A stretch of 64,000 nt of DNA from Macrostomum lignano (lineage: Eukaryota): assembly GCA_002269645.1 (NCBI GenBank), contig NIVC01000142.1, positions 372,001 through 436,000 of the forward strand, in the 5' to 3' direction. Below the pieces are notes generated by a model. It ran no database searches. It was not told the origin of the DNA and saw nothing but the letters and a program-made list of their open reading frames with translations. A program made the position numbers and the translations under genes. Position 1 is the stretch's first letter. Every line of letters starts with the position of its first letter. Positions 38,512 through 62,897 of this stretch are shown here, one piece after another.

Positions 38512-38590
38512 GTCACGTGACCATTCTGCGATCACGTGCTCTGAGCTGAAATGCGGGTGCGTGCAGCCGCCGGCCAACCAATGAGCAATG
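38512..38590 (+). promoter_or_regulatory. E-box/CLEAR-like GTCACGTGAC, a second CACGTG and a CCAAT box upstream of XDH
   Basis: GTCACGTGAC at 38512-38521, ATCACGTG at about 38531, CCAAT at about 38579; 190-260 bp before the ATG. Confidence 0.4.
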
Positions 38591-38770
38591 GCTGGGCTGT
38601 GCGAAGTTAGCTGGAATAAGAGAGAATAGAGGTGTGCTTATAAAATTATGGTCAGAAAAGCAACAAAAGCGCTTTTAAGTTGCTTTCGCCAGGAGCACTG
38701 AGAGCAGCATATTGCCTACGAACAGAAGTGGACTAATTATTTTTCTGTGAAGCAGCACAAGCAAAAGAAA

Positions 38771-51744
<12,974 letters not shown>

Positions 51745-52204
51745 AGTCACTGAAGTTGCGGCCTGTTTTTGTTGCCATGTAGTTTTCATGATGTAATCAT
51801 TTTTAGACTTAACAGACCAAGCAAAAATCGCTCTTAGTAAGAGGTCGAAACATTATTGAAGGCGTGATTTCGGTTCAAAAAGGATTGATGGTGTAAGTAG
51901 GCGCCCATTCCATTCCGTTCTTATCAGTCTTGAGAATATGAAGGCAAACTGGGCCTTCAATGAAAGTTCAAGTATATACTCGTATTTTAACTAGTAGTAT
52001 GAAGTGCGCATTGATTTGCTCTAAACCTGTTAAATCATTGTAGCTTACACATTGATTTTAGCGAATCAGTTCAATCATGAAGTTTACAAGAATAACATTC
52101 TGATTTCAACTATTCGAAATGTAACCGATCGATTAAAAACTTTGAGAATTAAGGATTTTTCTTTCAATTTGACGAAGTCCTTATAGGATTTGATAGATAC
52201 CGTT

Positions 52205-52432
52205 GTCATTATTCCTGCAGCTCATGCAGTGTCTGTCTGAAATGACTGTCACAATTTCTGCAGCTCATGCAGTGTCTGTCTGAAATGACTGTCACAATTT
52301 CTGCAGCTCATGCAGTTTCTGTCTGAAATGACTGTCATTATTCCTGCAGCTCATGCAGTTTCTGTCTGAAATGACTGTCATTATTCCTGCAGCTCATGCA
52401 GTTTCTGTCTGAAATGACTGTCATTATTCCTG
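52205..52432. repeat. About 43-bp minisatellite
   Basis: CTGCAGCTCATGCAGTTTCTGTCTGAAATGACTGTCATTATTC. Confidence 0.88.
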
Positions 52433-53681
52433 TAGCGTGGCAGCAGACAGGAGGCAGAAGAAATGCAGCAAGTTCAAAGCAATCAGCCATATCTAGAAAA
52501 TTTCATAGGCGATTCCATCTGAACTGGGCGACCACCCAGAGGCGCTCGGCTGTCCCATGCGGTCTCGCCTCAGGAAATTCGGAAAGCCTATTATTATAAC
52601 AAGGCAAATGATGTGCAATAATTGCTTTTCGCTATCGTGACTGCCATCACGGACAGCTGAAGCAACAAGGCCGCTGCACTCGCAGAGTCTGCTACAAATT
52701 TTGCTGCGAACCGCCGGTTTTTGCTACAAGAAAAGGTTTTGCACAGCCCTGAATAGGGTTTGGCCATAGACAAGTTCGGTCCAGCTGCTCCTGCACTGAA
52801 GAGACAGGGGAGTAGCTGGAGTTTCTTTGCCAGTCTCCGGCAGCAGTTCATGGAAAAAGCAGCTTTGATAAACCTGTGAGCGCAGCCCGGGCACACCAAG
52901 TACTGGCTTCAGAAATCCAGAAAGTTTGCGGTCCTTCTACTTGTCCGTGGGTGCAATTCACTTCGTTGATGGATTTGCATCAGTCATCGTCATTGATTTG
53001 ATTCCCACAGTTGAATTTCCTGGATGCGAAAAACTTCCTCTGCTGCGTTTCCGGTATCTTTTTATTGCTCTGGAAACTCGAGGAATGCAAGAGCGAGGAA
53101 AGTGCTTTTATCCCAAATTATTGCCTCAAGACTGAGGGCGGCTCCATCACCTCCATCAGGTTTGGCAAGCTGGGAGCTGGGAGGCGCAGCGCATACAAGC
53201 TATGGGGAATCCGGCAGTCACTTAGCAGTTCGGGCGGGCATTTAGGCCCAGGCGCATTACACAGCTAAGCTTGAATGGGCCAGGCTAGCTGGTGTCCATA
53301 TTTCTACTGCTCCAACAAAATCCGATGCGGTAGGGCTTGGCGAGAAGCGGACAGGGGGGGGGGGCACAGAACGGCTGCGGTAGGCGGTGCCGCATGGGGT
53401 CCTGGGCTCGCCTCGCGGGGGCCTCCTGTATCGCTTTCTTTCTATCTGGGCTATCTGTCTGTCTGTCTGGCATCGCAGCCGTCCCAGTCCCCGGGGTCGA
53501 GCTGGGGGTGGGGGCGGGGCGATCGCCGCGGGTGCCCCCAGAAAATAAAGAGGGAAAACAAGAAGACAGAAGGAGAGAAAGAGAAAAAAGGGTCAGCTTT
53601 GGCGGCCGGAGCAGAAAGAAGACCAGCAAGAAGCTGAACGAGCGAGCGAGCAAACTCGAACAAAGGAGACTCATTCTCAGC

Positions 53682-54488
53682 ATGCGGCCATTGAAGAATC
53701 CTCGGCTGCTGCTCCTGCTATTGCTGCTGCTGCTGCTGACTGGCTGTCAATCCGGCAGTGATGAATGCCAGAAGCAGCAGCAGCGGCAGCAGAAACGGCC
53801 CCGCCGGTGGCACCCCATCGAGTTCTCGCCCTGCCCGCAGCCGAGCCAGCCGACTGTGCAGCTGCTGCAGCTGGCCACGCGACCCTCGCCGCTGCGCCTC
53901 TACGCCGATGGCAGCGCGTCCCGGCTGCGGATTCGCTACCGGCTGCGCCTGCTCGAGGACCTGCCGGCGTCCGACGGCCCCGTCGGCATTCAGCTCCGCC
54001 TGGCGCCGGTGCTCCGCCAGCCGGTCGCCTGCCCGCTGCTGTCCCTGGCTGGCCGGCTGCTGGCCCGCCTGCTGCTGCTGCCTTCGGGCAGCGGCAACTC
54101 CAGCGACGGCAGCAGTCTGCACCTGCCGGATCTGTGCGCCCTGTCGCGCCTGTCCGTCAGTCACGTGATCAGCCCTAAACGGCATCGTCGATTCTGTCGT
54201 CGTCGACGACGCCAGCTGGTGCCGCGGCTGCACGACGTACCGATTCCGTGCCTGTGCAGCCTGCGGCGGGGTGTGTACCGGCAGCGGGCCCTGCCAGTGT
54301 ACCCTGCCCTGCCCGGCCTGCTGAGCAAGTTCGGTGTCAGTCCCGACTGCATCAGCGGCGGCTACCAGGCGCAGCTGACGATGACGCAACGGTTGCTGGG
54401 CAAAAATGAGACTACGGCAGGCGGGGCGTTGCGCAATTTGGCCTGCTACAATATCCGGTTCCGGCTGCGGGTGCGGGATAAGCACTGA
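53682..54488 (+). CDS. Secreted GM2-activator/ML (MD-2-related lipid recognition)-like protein
   Basis: Poly-Leu signal peptide. The pattern FSPC..P.P..L..DLC..PIPCLCSLRRGVY..GGYQAQL..LACYNI follows GM2A Cys spacing (PCHCPFKEGTY, GNYR, LGCI). An acceptor-like CAG lies just before the ATG. Confidence 0.6.
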   Translation: MRPLKNPRLLLLLLLLLLLTGCQSGSDECQKQQQRQQKRPRRWHPIEFSPCPQPSQPTVQLLQLATRPSPLRLYADGSASRLRIRYRLRLLEDLPASDGPVGIQLRLAPVLRQPVACPLLSLAGRLLARLLLLPSGSGNSSDGSSLHLPDLCALSRLSVSHVISPKRHRRFCRRRRRQLVPRLHDVPIPCLCSLRRGVYRQRALPVYPALPGLLSKFGVSPDCISGGYQAQLTMTQRLLGKNETTAGGALRNLACYNIRFRLRVRDKH

Positions 54489-54549
54489 GGGAGCCCTCAC
54501 GACTCAGGACTGAGCAAGTTGGAAAACTGGACTCATGATTGAAACAGTG

Positions 54550-55498
54550 CGTGAATGAATGGGTGAACAGGTGACTGGGTAAATGAATGAGTGAACAGGT
54601 GACTGGATGAATGAATGAGTGAACAGGTGACTTGGGTGAATGAATGAGTGAACAGGTGACTGGGTGAATGAATGAGTGAACAGGTGACTGGATGAATGAA
54701 TGAGTGAACAGGTGACTGGGTGAATGAATGAGTGAACAGGTGACTGGGTGAATGAATGAGTGAACAGGTGACTGGATGAATGAATGAGTGAACAGGTGAC
54801 TGGGTGAATGAATGAGTGAACAGGTGACTGGGTGAATGAATGAGTGAACAGGTGACTGGGTAAATGAATGAGTGAACAGGTGACTGGGTAAATGAATGAG
54901 TGAACAGGTGACTGGGTGAATGAATGAGTGAACAGGTGACTTGGGTGAATAAATGAGTGAACAGGTGACTTAGGTGAATGAATGAGTGAACAGGTGACTG
55001 GGTGAATGAATGAGTGAACAGGTGACTTGGGTGAATGAATGAGTGAACAGGTGACTGGGTGAATGAATGAGTGAACAGGTGACTGGGTGAATGAATGAGT
55101 GAACAGGTGACTGGGTAAATGAATGAGTGAACAGGTGACTGGGTAAATGAATGAGTGAACAGGTGACTGGGTGAATGAATGAGTGAACAGGTGACTTGGG
55201 TGAATAAATGAGTGAACAGGTGACTTAGGTGAATGAATGAGTGAACAGGTGACTGGGTGAATGAATGAGTGAACAGGTGACTTGGGTGAATGAATGAGTG
55301 AACAGGTGACTTGGGTGAATGAATGAGTGAACAGGTGACTGGGTGAATGAATGAGTGAACAGGTGACTGGGTGAATGAATGAGTGAACAGGTGACTGGGT
55401 GAATGAATGAGTGAACAGGTGACTTGGGTGAATAAATGAGTGAACAGGTGACTTAGGTGAATGAATGAGTGAACAGGTGACTGGGTGAATGAATGAGG
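54550..55498. repeat. 28-bp minisatellite
   Basis: GAACAGGTGACTGGGTGAATGAATGAGT. Confidence 0.93.
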
Positions 55499-55934
55499 AG
55501 ACTCAGCTCGTCACTCATTGACCCGGACCTGAACTTGCTCTCATCTTCAATCCTGCAGAATTACCTCAGTAAAGCTGGCTAGCTCATGCTAACAATATGC
55601 TTTTCATCAATAAATATGTAATTATCATTTGAATGCCTATAGAAGCTGGTTAGAAGCACTAATAACTTTTCTGGGTCAATTTTGCCAGCCTATATCAACA
55701 ATGCTTTTCTGTATCCCGGATGTGTTTTGTACAGCCCTTCATGCTCACAGTTGTGCAGTGCTGTCAGCTGTCCCTGATTTGTTTAATTCGATCATGAATT
55801 AAATAAATATACGATTGTAATTCTCTAATGGCTTGACAAAGTTGCAGTTTAATCAGTTTTAATTGAAGCTTGCTGTGTCAGACTTGAACTGCTTTTTTCA
55901 GGAAATAATTGAGTTGCCAAAACACCAATGGTAA

Positions 55935-56437
55935 CTGTGTACAAGCGCCATTAGGGTTAGTGTATAAGCGCCATTAGGGTTACTGTATAAGCGCCATTGG
56001 GTTTAGTGCATAAGCGCCATTAGGGTTACTGTATAAGCGCCATTAGGTTTAGTGCATAAGCGCCATTAGGGTTACTGTATAAGCGCCATTAGGGTTACTG
56101 TATAAGCGCCATTAGGGTTACTGTATAAGCGCCATTAGGGTTACTGTATAAGCGCCATTGGGTTTAGTGCATAAGCGCCATTAGGGTTACTGTATAAGCG
56201 CCATTAGGGTTACTGTATAAGCGCCATTAGGGTTACTGTATAAGCGCCATTGGGTTTAGTGTATAAGCGCTATTAGGGTTACTGTATAAGCGCCATTAGG
56301 GTTACTGTATAAGCGCCATTGGGTTTAGTGCATAAGCGCCATTAGGGTTACTGTATAAGCGCCATTAGGGTTACTGTATAAGCGCCATTAGGGTTACTGT
56401 ATAAGCGCCATTAGGGTTAGTGAATAAGCGCCATTAT
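55935..56437. repeat. 23-bp minisatellite containing TTAGGG
   Basis: GTATAAGCGCCATTAGGGTTACT. Confidence 0.92.
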
Positions 56438-57957
56438 GTATGAGTGTTTCAATGTTTGTATGAATCTGGAGTGGTGTTACTGTCCAATCTATAGTGTCTA
56501 ATTTTCATTTTTAGAATACTAGTTATATTAAAAATGGTAAACAACTTACTTTTAAGTAGTATAGGCTGAGCAAGTATGCCAAAACAGTTCGGGTTATTAA
56601 GAGCCTATATATGATTTCAAATTTGGCTATAAATTTTTTTGCTTTTCAAATGACATTAACTGTTAGTAACATTGTGCACAGTAGCTACAGAAATCCAGAA
56701 GGCAAGATATTGTAAATTAAATTTCTAAAATATTTATATTTGCTTAGAACTTTCGTTAGTTGATACGAGCGCAGCCTCAAGTGAAAATCACACGACCCAT
56801 ACTCAGCAACATTGAAAAGTCGCCATTCTATATGCCAGTGAGCAATTTCTCTTGGACTGTTCTGAAATTGTGTGAAAACTGATCGGGGTGGCTTTAATCA
56901 GTCCAACCCTCGCACACCGCTCCCTTCACTTCATTCCTCAACTCAAGTGTGCCGTGGCGTAGCAAAGTTGCGTCACTCGCCAAGATTGAGAGACTGTACT
57001 TGCACTTTCAAAAGTGGCAACCACAGACGGAATCTTCTGTGATGGCGACTTTCGATGTTGTTGAATAATATATTTTCGAACGTTGCTTCTTTCAACTTCA
57101 GCTATCCAAGGCCTCGAGTTTATACCAGAATACGTCTCTACCTACCAGTTTCCTACTTGAAGGCATTAAAAGAATGATATTAGCAAAAGTACGGGGCGTA
57201 CTCTGGCCTAGACGTTACATTTGTTGAAACTTGGCAGTATAACAGAAATAACGCTCGTTGAAGAACCGGTTCTCCATCTAGTATTCGGATTCTTAAGACT
57301 GGAATGCGAGCATGACGAAATATGCAAAATATAGCTGTACCTTTCTTGGTGAAGTTGCCTTGCTATGACAAACAATGGACTGCTGCACTCTCAGGCCCAA
57401 GGAGTCCTTTAGACAGAGTCTGGATTGACAATCAATGGTTTGAATAGGGAGTAATATACGACCTTTGCTGCAACTTTGAGAAATGTAAGAGAAGAGGGAG
57501 CGTCATTTCATACGGTATTAATTAACATTATTGTACCCTCGTAGGTGTGCCAAAATTCAGATTTCCAAACTAGATATCTAACTTGAGTTGTCCTTGGTAG
57601 AACCAGTTGCTTCTGCCAGTCCACTTGAGCTTCTATCTAGAGAACAACAATGAGTGCGCAGGTTTCAATTGCAATGGTGTACGCAATAAAATGTACACCA
57701 AAGCCGAGCCCTTGTCACTGTGCTTAAAAGTGATAAAAACCAACAGCTTGCCCGGGCCAACGCCGCCAGAACAGTTCCACGGCAAATCCGGGGGGTTCCG
57801 GGGGAAAATCCGGGGAGACAGAAACAGCCGCGGATTTGCCTTGAGTGGGCCGCGGATTTGACGCGGAAATTATGGAAAAAAATTAATATTGCCTACGAAT
57901 GCAGGGCCCACTCAGAATGCCAGCTCCCTCGCTAATTGCAACTCAAGCAGCTCCGCA

Positions 57958-58488
57958 ATGCCGCAGATTCAAATCTTCATCATTTTCCTAGCCTCGTTCA
58001 GCGCCGTTCCTGTTCAGCAAGCCGAGATCAGCTGTCCGACAGGCCAGTACCCGGACATGTTCGTCTGCATCTGCGTCCACTGTCCGACTGACTGTCTGAC
58101 CATCGAGGACAAAAATTCAAGCTCCACCGCGATGCTGTTGAGAAGCTTCTGCGCCGAGTTGCGAGCCTGCGGCTACTGCCTGACGGCCAGAGATCGGGCT
58201 GAGGGGCTGCAGGGGTCAGCAACTGCCGCTGGATGCGGTTGGAGACGTCGGCACTCGAAGACGTCGTTGGATGCAACCGCTGATGCCGATGCTGCTGACG
58301 TGTCGTTGGTCAAGAAAGTGACGATGTGGAAAGTCCTATGCGCGATCAGCCTGGCTACCTCAGCCGGAGCCGTTGCTGCTCTGGTCCTGCTGGTCATTGT
58401 GCAGCGGCGCAGATGGCGGCAGCTTCCGGTGGATGACAAGGACGCCCAGCTGCCTCACCATGCCAGCAAGCAGCTTCTAGTAGTTTGA
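57958..58488 (+). CDS. Type I membrane protein with a single TNFR-like cysteine-rich domain
   Basis: Signal peptide MPQIQIFIIFLASFSA, Cys-rich CPTGQYPDMFVCICVHCPTDC..SFCAELRACGYC, TM helix VLCAISLATSAGAVAALVLLVIV followed by QRRRW, short tail. Confidence 0.6.
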   Translation: MPQIQIFIIFLASFSAVPVQQAEISCPTGQYPDMFVCICVHCPTDCLTIEDKNSSSTAMLLRSFCAELRACGYCLTARDRAEGLQGSATAAGCGWRRRHSKTSLDATADADAADVSLVKKVTMWKVLCAISLATSAGAVAALVLLVIVQRRRWRQLPVDDKDAQLPHHASKQLLVV

Positions 58489-58604
58489 TAAATTACTCTG
58501 CGAAAAACATACTCATTCATTGTTCATGCTTTCATTGTTAAAACTGCATTAAAATTGCCATTTTGTATTAAAGCTTCTTGATCTCCGTTTTTTTCTAATT
58601 TTAC

Positions 58605-59835
58605 ATATCCGCTGTCTACTCTGCAGTATCCGCTTTCTACTGTTCAGTAGCTACTGTCTACTCTTCAGTATCCACTGTCTAGTCTGCAGTATCCACTGTC
58701 TACTCTGCAGTATCCGCTGTCTACTCTGCAGTATCCGCTGTCTACTGTTCAGTAGCTACTGTCTACTCTTCAGTATCCACTGTCTACTCTTCAGTATCCG
58801 CTGTCTACTCTGCAGTATCCATTGTCTACTCTGCAGCATCTATTGTCTACTCTGCAGTATCCACTGTCTACTCTTCAGTACGAGTATCCACTGTCTACTC
58901 TGCAGTATCCACTGTCTACTCTGCAGTATCCATTATCTACTCTGCAGTATCCACTGTCTACTCTGCAGTATCCGCTGTCTACTCTGCAGCATTTATTGTC
59001 TACTCTGCAGTATCCATTGTCTACTCTGCAGTATCCGTTGTCTACTGTTCAGTAGCTACTGTCTACTCTTCAGTATCCACTGTCTACTCTTCAGTATCCG
59101 CTGTCTACTCTGCAGTATCCATTGTCTACTCTGCAGCATCTATTGTCTACTCTGCAGTATCCACTGTCTACTCTTCAGTATCCACTGTCTACTCTGCAGT
59201 ATCCACTGTCTACTCTGCAGTATCCATTGTCTACTCTGCAGTATCCATTGTCTACTCTGCAGCATCCACTGTCTACTCTTCAGTATCCACTGTCTACTCT
59301 GCAGTATCCACTGTCTACTCTGCAGTATCCATTGTCTACTCTGCAGTATCCATTGTCTACTCTGCAGCATCTATTGTCTACTCTGCAGTATCCACTGTCT
59401 ACTCTGCAGTATCCACTGTCTACTCTGCAGTATCCATTGTCTACTCTGCAGTATCCATTGTCTACTCTGCAGCATCTATTGTCTACTCTGCAGTATCCAC
59501 TGTCTACTCTGCAGTATCCACTGTCTACTCTTCAGTATCCATTGTCTACTCTGCAGTATCCACTGTCTACTCTGCAGTATCCACTGTCTACTCTGCAGCA
59601 TCTATTGTCTACTCTGCAGTATCCATTATCTACTCTGCAGTATCCACTGTCTACTCTTCAGTATCCACTGTCTACTCTGCAGTATCCACTGTCTACTCTG
59701 CAGTATCCACTGTCTACTCTGCAGTATCCGCTGTCTACTATGCAGTACCTACTGTCTACTATGCAGTACCTCTCTTCAGCATCTTTACTGTCTACTCTTC
59801 AGTATCAGCTGTCTACTCTTCAGTAGCCGCTATCT
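58605..59835. repeat. 21-bp minisatellite
   Basis: CAGTATCCACTGTCTACTCTG. Confidence 0.93.
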
Positions 59836-60399
59836 ACTATTTTTTATCCTTTCATTTCCGCTATCTCGTCACAGTCGGAATGATTGTTACAATAATAACG
59901 TCAGCCTTCAATTTGTTTGTCACCTGTCAATTATATATTTAGCATAAGGAAATAGCGGTGTGTACTTTCGAATCGAGCACTTTTGTTATAACTTATAAGT
60001 TTGCTGATTGAATTACAAGCACATATCGCTGTGCACTTGAACTAATACGTACATGGTCTCGAGTTAATGTTTTGATTTCGATAAATTAACATGCAAATTT
60101 TGGTCACGGGTCATATAGTCAGTCTTTCTGAGGCCTTCGAAAAGAAACCGGCAGTTTCGAGAATTACGTTGGCTGCTAATTAGCAAATATTGCCTGTAGT
60201 TATGCGCATTCCCTTTCCTCATCAGGTTGCTCCTCTGTTGTAGATTAGCGATGAACGCAGGGTTAAAAATACAGTAGTAACCGATTGTTTTTGCTGAAAA
60301 AACACGTCACACCGACCCAACTTGCATAAAAAAATGTCAGCGGAAGGTGAAATTCAGCATTGGCACTGTTGTAAACAGCATTGGAGTGACCCTGGCTGG

Positions 60400-60406
60400 C
60401 TAGAGA

Positions 60407-60461
<55 letters not shown>

Positions 60462-60480
60462 GAGAGAGAGAGAAGAGAGG
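60400..60480. repeat. (GA)n flanking the 3' end of the Penelope element
   Basis: Dinucleotide array. Confidence 0.95.
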
Positions 60481-62625
60481 TCACGGCGTGTTTAAAAAAA
60501 TCAAAGACTTAATTAATTTAATATGGGCTACCGGTTTCGAGCCTCTGGGCTCTTCGTCAGGCCAAAAAATCTGTGTGTCATGCAATTCAAGTTGGTCTTT
60601 TAAGTATTATTTTTCTTAGTCTGATAGAATTGATGAGTAGTTGTACATATGAAGGATGTACATTTAAAACCCTGTTTTGCCTAGCTCTAACTTGTCCCAG
60701 AGGCTTTCCACCATTCATTTTAAACGACAGTATATTTGTTATAAAAAATTGTTATTTCGAAGTACTATACGATATGCGATACTATACGATTAGATGAAAT
60801 GCCGGTATTGGGGGTAGGAGCATAAAAATCAATATTGAGCGTACAATTAAGCAGTTTGAATGAAATAAAATAAAATAAATGACACGTGAATAAATATTGT
60901 ACTTTAATAGGGTGAAAATAGCGCATTGGTTAAAATGATTAAATGTTTCCTGGCTGAGACTTGAACTTATTGGGAGCCAGGAGGCTCTGTAAGTTACGTT
61001 GCCGTGTAAAAGCGGGCAGTATGCGGGAGCCTGGTTTATTTTGTAGCTTATCAAAGTTTTTAGCAATCTCGTTGGCAAGCCAGACCGTAGATGGGTGAAA
61101 AGGAAGGACCATTGGGATGGGTCGGAGAAGATGATTGTCGACCCTGATGTTCGTACCTGGCGGTTTGTCAGTCCCTAGTTTTTTAATCCAGATTTCTTCC
61201 CTTAGTTCGATTTTGTTGTTATTAAGAACTTGTTCGATAGCAATGGAGACAAAGTTTGCAATTGAGTGATTGGGGTGAGAAAGTGCTCTGACCCCGAAGT
61301 TACGACTCTCCTGTTAATATTTGACCTGTGCTGGTTCATTCTATCTCTCATTGTTCTTCTAGTCATCCCTACATAGAAGATTTTCCCAGGGTGGCACTGG
61401 TTGCAGGAGATGCCATAGATGATGTTCTTGGAGCCACAGGACAGGCTCTGAGAGATTAAAAAACCAGAAGCCGGTTGCAGTCCCTGGGCGGAGAGAGCAG
61501 GCGGTGAGTGGGTGCAGCATTTGCAACGGGATGACCCACAGGGATGGAACCCTTTGGGAAGCAGACCCAGATTGGTCGTTGGTCCTGCAGTCCAGTTCAT
61601 AAGTATGAGGACCTCCTTTTTGCAGTTTCTAAGAAAAATCTTCGAGTAGCCTAATTGCTTGAGTTCCGATTTTAAAGAATTGAAAGCACGGTTGAAAGAC
61701 TTGTAGTCATCACAGATTCGAGCGTACCGAAGGACTTGGGATTTTACTACCCCCTTGAAGGTGTGTGACGGATGGAAGGACTGTCGGTGCAACAATCTAT
61801 GAGTGTCTGTTTCTTTTGAAAACAGTTGTGTTGTGAAGCGGTTTTCAGCTTTCCTGATGGTCATGTCAAGGAAACTGACCTCAGTTGATGAGGAGCTGAC
61901 GGTGAGTTTGATGTTGGGGTTGATTGAATTTAGGTGTACAACAAATTCTGTCAGAGTTTCAGCCGGGTGGTCCCAGTGAATGAAGATATCATCTATGTAC
62001 CTAAAATAGATGTTCGGCTTATAAAGAGCAGTTCTCAAGGCAGTTTCCTCCCAGAGGCTCATGAAGAGACAGGCATAGCTGGGCGCAAATATGCGCCCCA
62101 TGGCTGTGCCTCTAAGTTGTAGGAAAATCATTTTGTCAAATTCAAAGTCATTCCTGTACAAACACAATTCCAGTAGCTTTATTATTTCAGCATCCGGTCT
62201 AATGGGATCCGGGTATCGGTTAAAGAATTCCTGGATCGCTGCAATGCCCTGATCTATTGGGATCATGGAGTACAGACTCTGGACATCACAGGTTGCCAGA
62301 GTCGAACCTTCCGTGCAGCTTTTATCCATAAGGTGTGCCTTGAAGTCATAGGAGTCCTTAATGAAAGTGGGTTGCGCTTGGGCAATCGGTTTAAGAAAGA
62401 AGTCTATGTACTTTTCTGCCCCAATTGCTTCAGAACTACATCCGCTCACAATAGGTCTGCCTGCTGGGACCCGAAAGGGGATCAGCCAGGTGGCCGGGTC
62501 CTTGTGAATTTTTGGGAGCAGGTAGAAATGCCGGGGACGGAAGTTCTCTCCGGGACAAAGAAATGCACACTGTTTCTTAGATATGAACTTTCTGTTACAT
62601 AAATTGAGGAAGATCCCCCTAAAGT

Positions 62626-62630
<5 letters not shown>
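60481..62630 (-). mobile_element. Penelope-like retroelement (RT + GIY-YIG endonuclease), 5'-truncated, one 1-nt frameshift
   Basis: RT motifs FYLLPKIHK, GRPIVS, FIKDS, CDVQSLY, GTAMG..FAPSYACLFM, RYIDDIF. Zn-knuckle-like linker PCGSSRCKCC. GIY-YIG NIIYGISC..YVGMT..RMNQH. After a frameshift at 61272-61275 it reads REEIWIKKLGT..PPGTN and ends at TAA 60939. Confidence 0.92.
60525..60564 (-). ncRNA. Minimal type I hammerhead ribozyme in the Penelope 3' region
   Basis: Minus strand reads UGGC-CUGACGA-A-GAGC(CCAGAG)GCUC-GAAA-CCGG-UA^GCC: catalytic core, 4-bp stem II, palindromic CCGG stem III, GUA cleavage triplet, 3-bp stem I. Confidence 0.85.

Positions 62631-62708
<78 letters not shown>
62628..62708. 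repeat. (GA)n flanking the 5' end of the Penelope element
   Basis: Dinucleotide array. Confidence 0.95.
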
Positions 62709-62897
62709 TAGAAAACAAACCGCATTTGCCTAGAGCGATCTGGTCACAGAAGCACAATGAGCTGCCCAATGCCAGAGCAAAGGGCTATTTAAGTTCAGCT
62801 TGAGCAGGTCTTGCAACAACTCTCTCTCTCTCTCTCTGTCTCGCTGCTGCGCGCTTGTTTATCTGCTTTGATCCTCAAGCCAAAGCAGCAAACAGAA

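Noticed and set aside
53682-53750. Bacterial lipobox (LLTGC) suggesting horizontal transfer
   Set aside because: A short motif easily produced by a eukaryotic signal peptide; the rest looks like a metazoan ML-type protein.
58822-59826. STLQYPL-repeat ORFs
   Set aside because: Translation of a 21-bp minisatellite.
60127-60156. Second hammerhead-like string (CTGAGG..GAAACCGGCAG)
   Set aside because: Lacks the CUGANGA core and stem II.
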